Part shown: positions 25,426 to 25,508 of the stretch, piece after piece
Numbering within the stretch: position 1 is the stretch's first letter
Layout: each line of letters begins with the position of its first letter
Assembly (NCBI GenBank): GCA_964626665.1
Contig: CAZVGK010000037.1
Span: 1 to 25,508 of the forward strand
Direction: 5' to 3'
DNA from: an uncultured Gemmatimonadota bacterium
GTDB lineage: Bacteria; SM23-81; DAOVCL01
Length of the DNA: 25,508 bases
Notes under the pieces: model-generated
The model's input: only the letters and a program-made list of their open reading frames with translations
Databases searched by the model: none
Told to the model about the DNA's origin: nothing
Program-made: the position numbers and the translations under genes

Positions 25426-25508
25426 GTAAACGGTTATCATCATTTGGAGTTACAGCGGATCTTCTACTTAAGGATGTGATATTTTTAACATCTAACTATT
25501 TGTTTTTA

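Noticed and set aside
25209-25508. glmS ribozyme upstream of glmS
   Set aside because: No AGCGCC...GACGAGG core on the minus strand; only REP-like hairpins are present.

Overview
A bacterial chromosomal segment. A PorV-family gene and a T9SS/FlgD-type C-terminal sorting-domain remnant suggest an FCB-group lineage (inference). The GC-rich housekeeping genes are mostly on the minus strand: tRNA-Leu(TAG), a DEDDh exonuclease-DinG fusion whose helicase motifs are degenerate, an AbiTii-like protein, recG, porV-family, a beta-decarboxylating dehydrogenase, rhomboid-TPR, a methyltransferase, an MTH1187-family protein, a split MetE pair, a YitJ-like Hcy-methyltransferase/MTHFR, DUF5683, RidA and glmS. 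Between recG and porV (about 7.1-12.6 kb) lies an AT-richer accessory region. It holds a tandem cassette-like array of two divergent secreted beta-propeller genes, each preceded by a shared leader (Y) and followed by a shared 64-bp repeat (X). Also present are 5' and 3' remnants of a T9SS cargo gene, a perfect sigma70 promoter with a palindromic operator, and toxin-less TA remnants. Most longer intergenic gaps hold several families of nested palindromic REP/MITE-like elements. These include a duplicated 64-90 nt element that folds by eye into a compact four-way-junction cloverleaf with structure-compatible substitutions. All family calls come from motif recognition by eye; no database searches were run.
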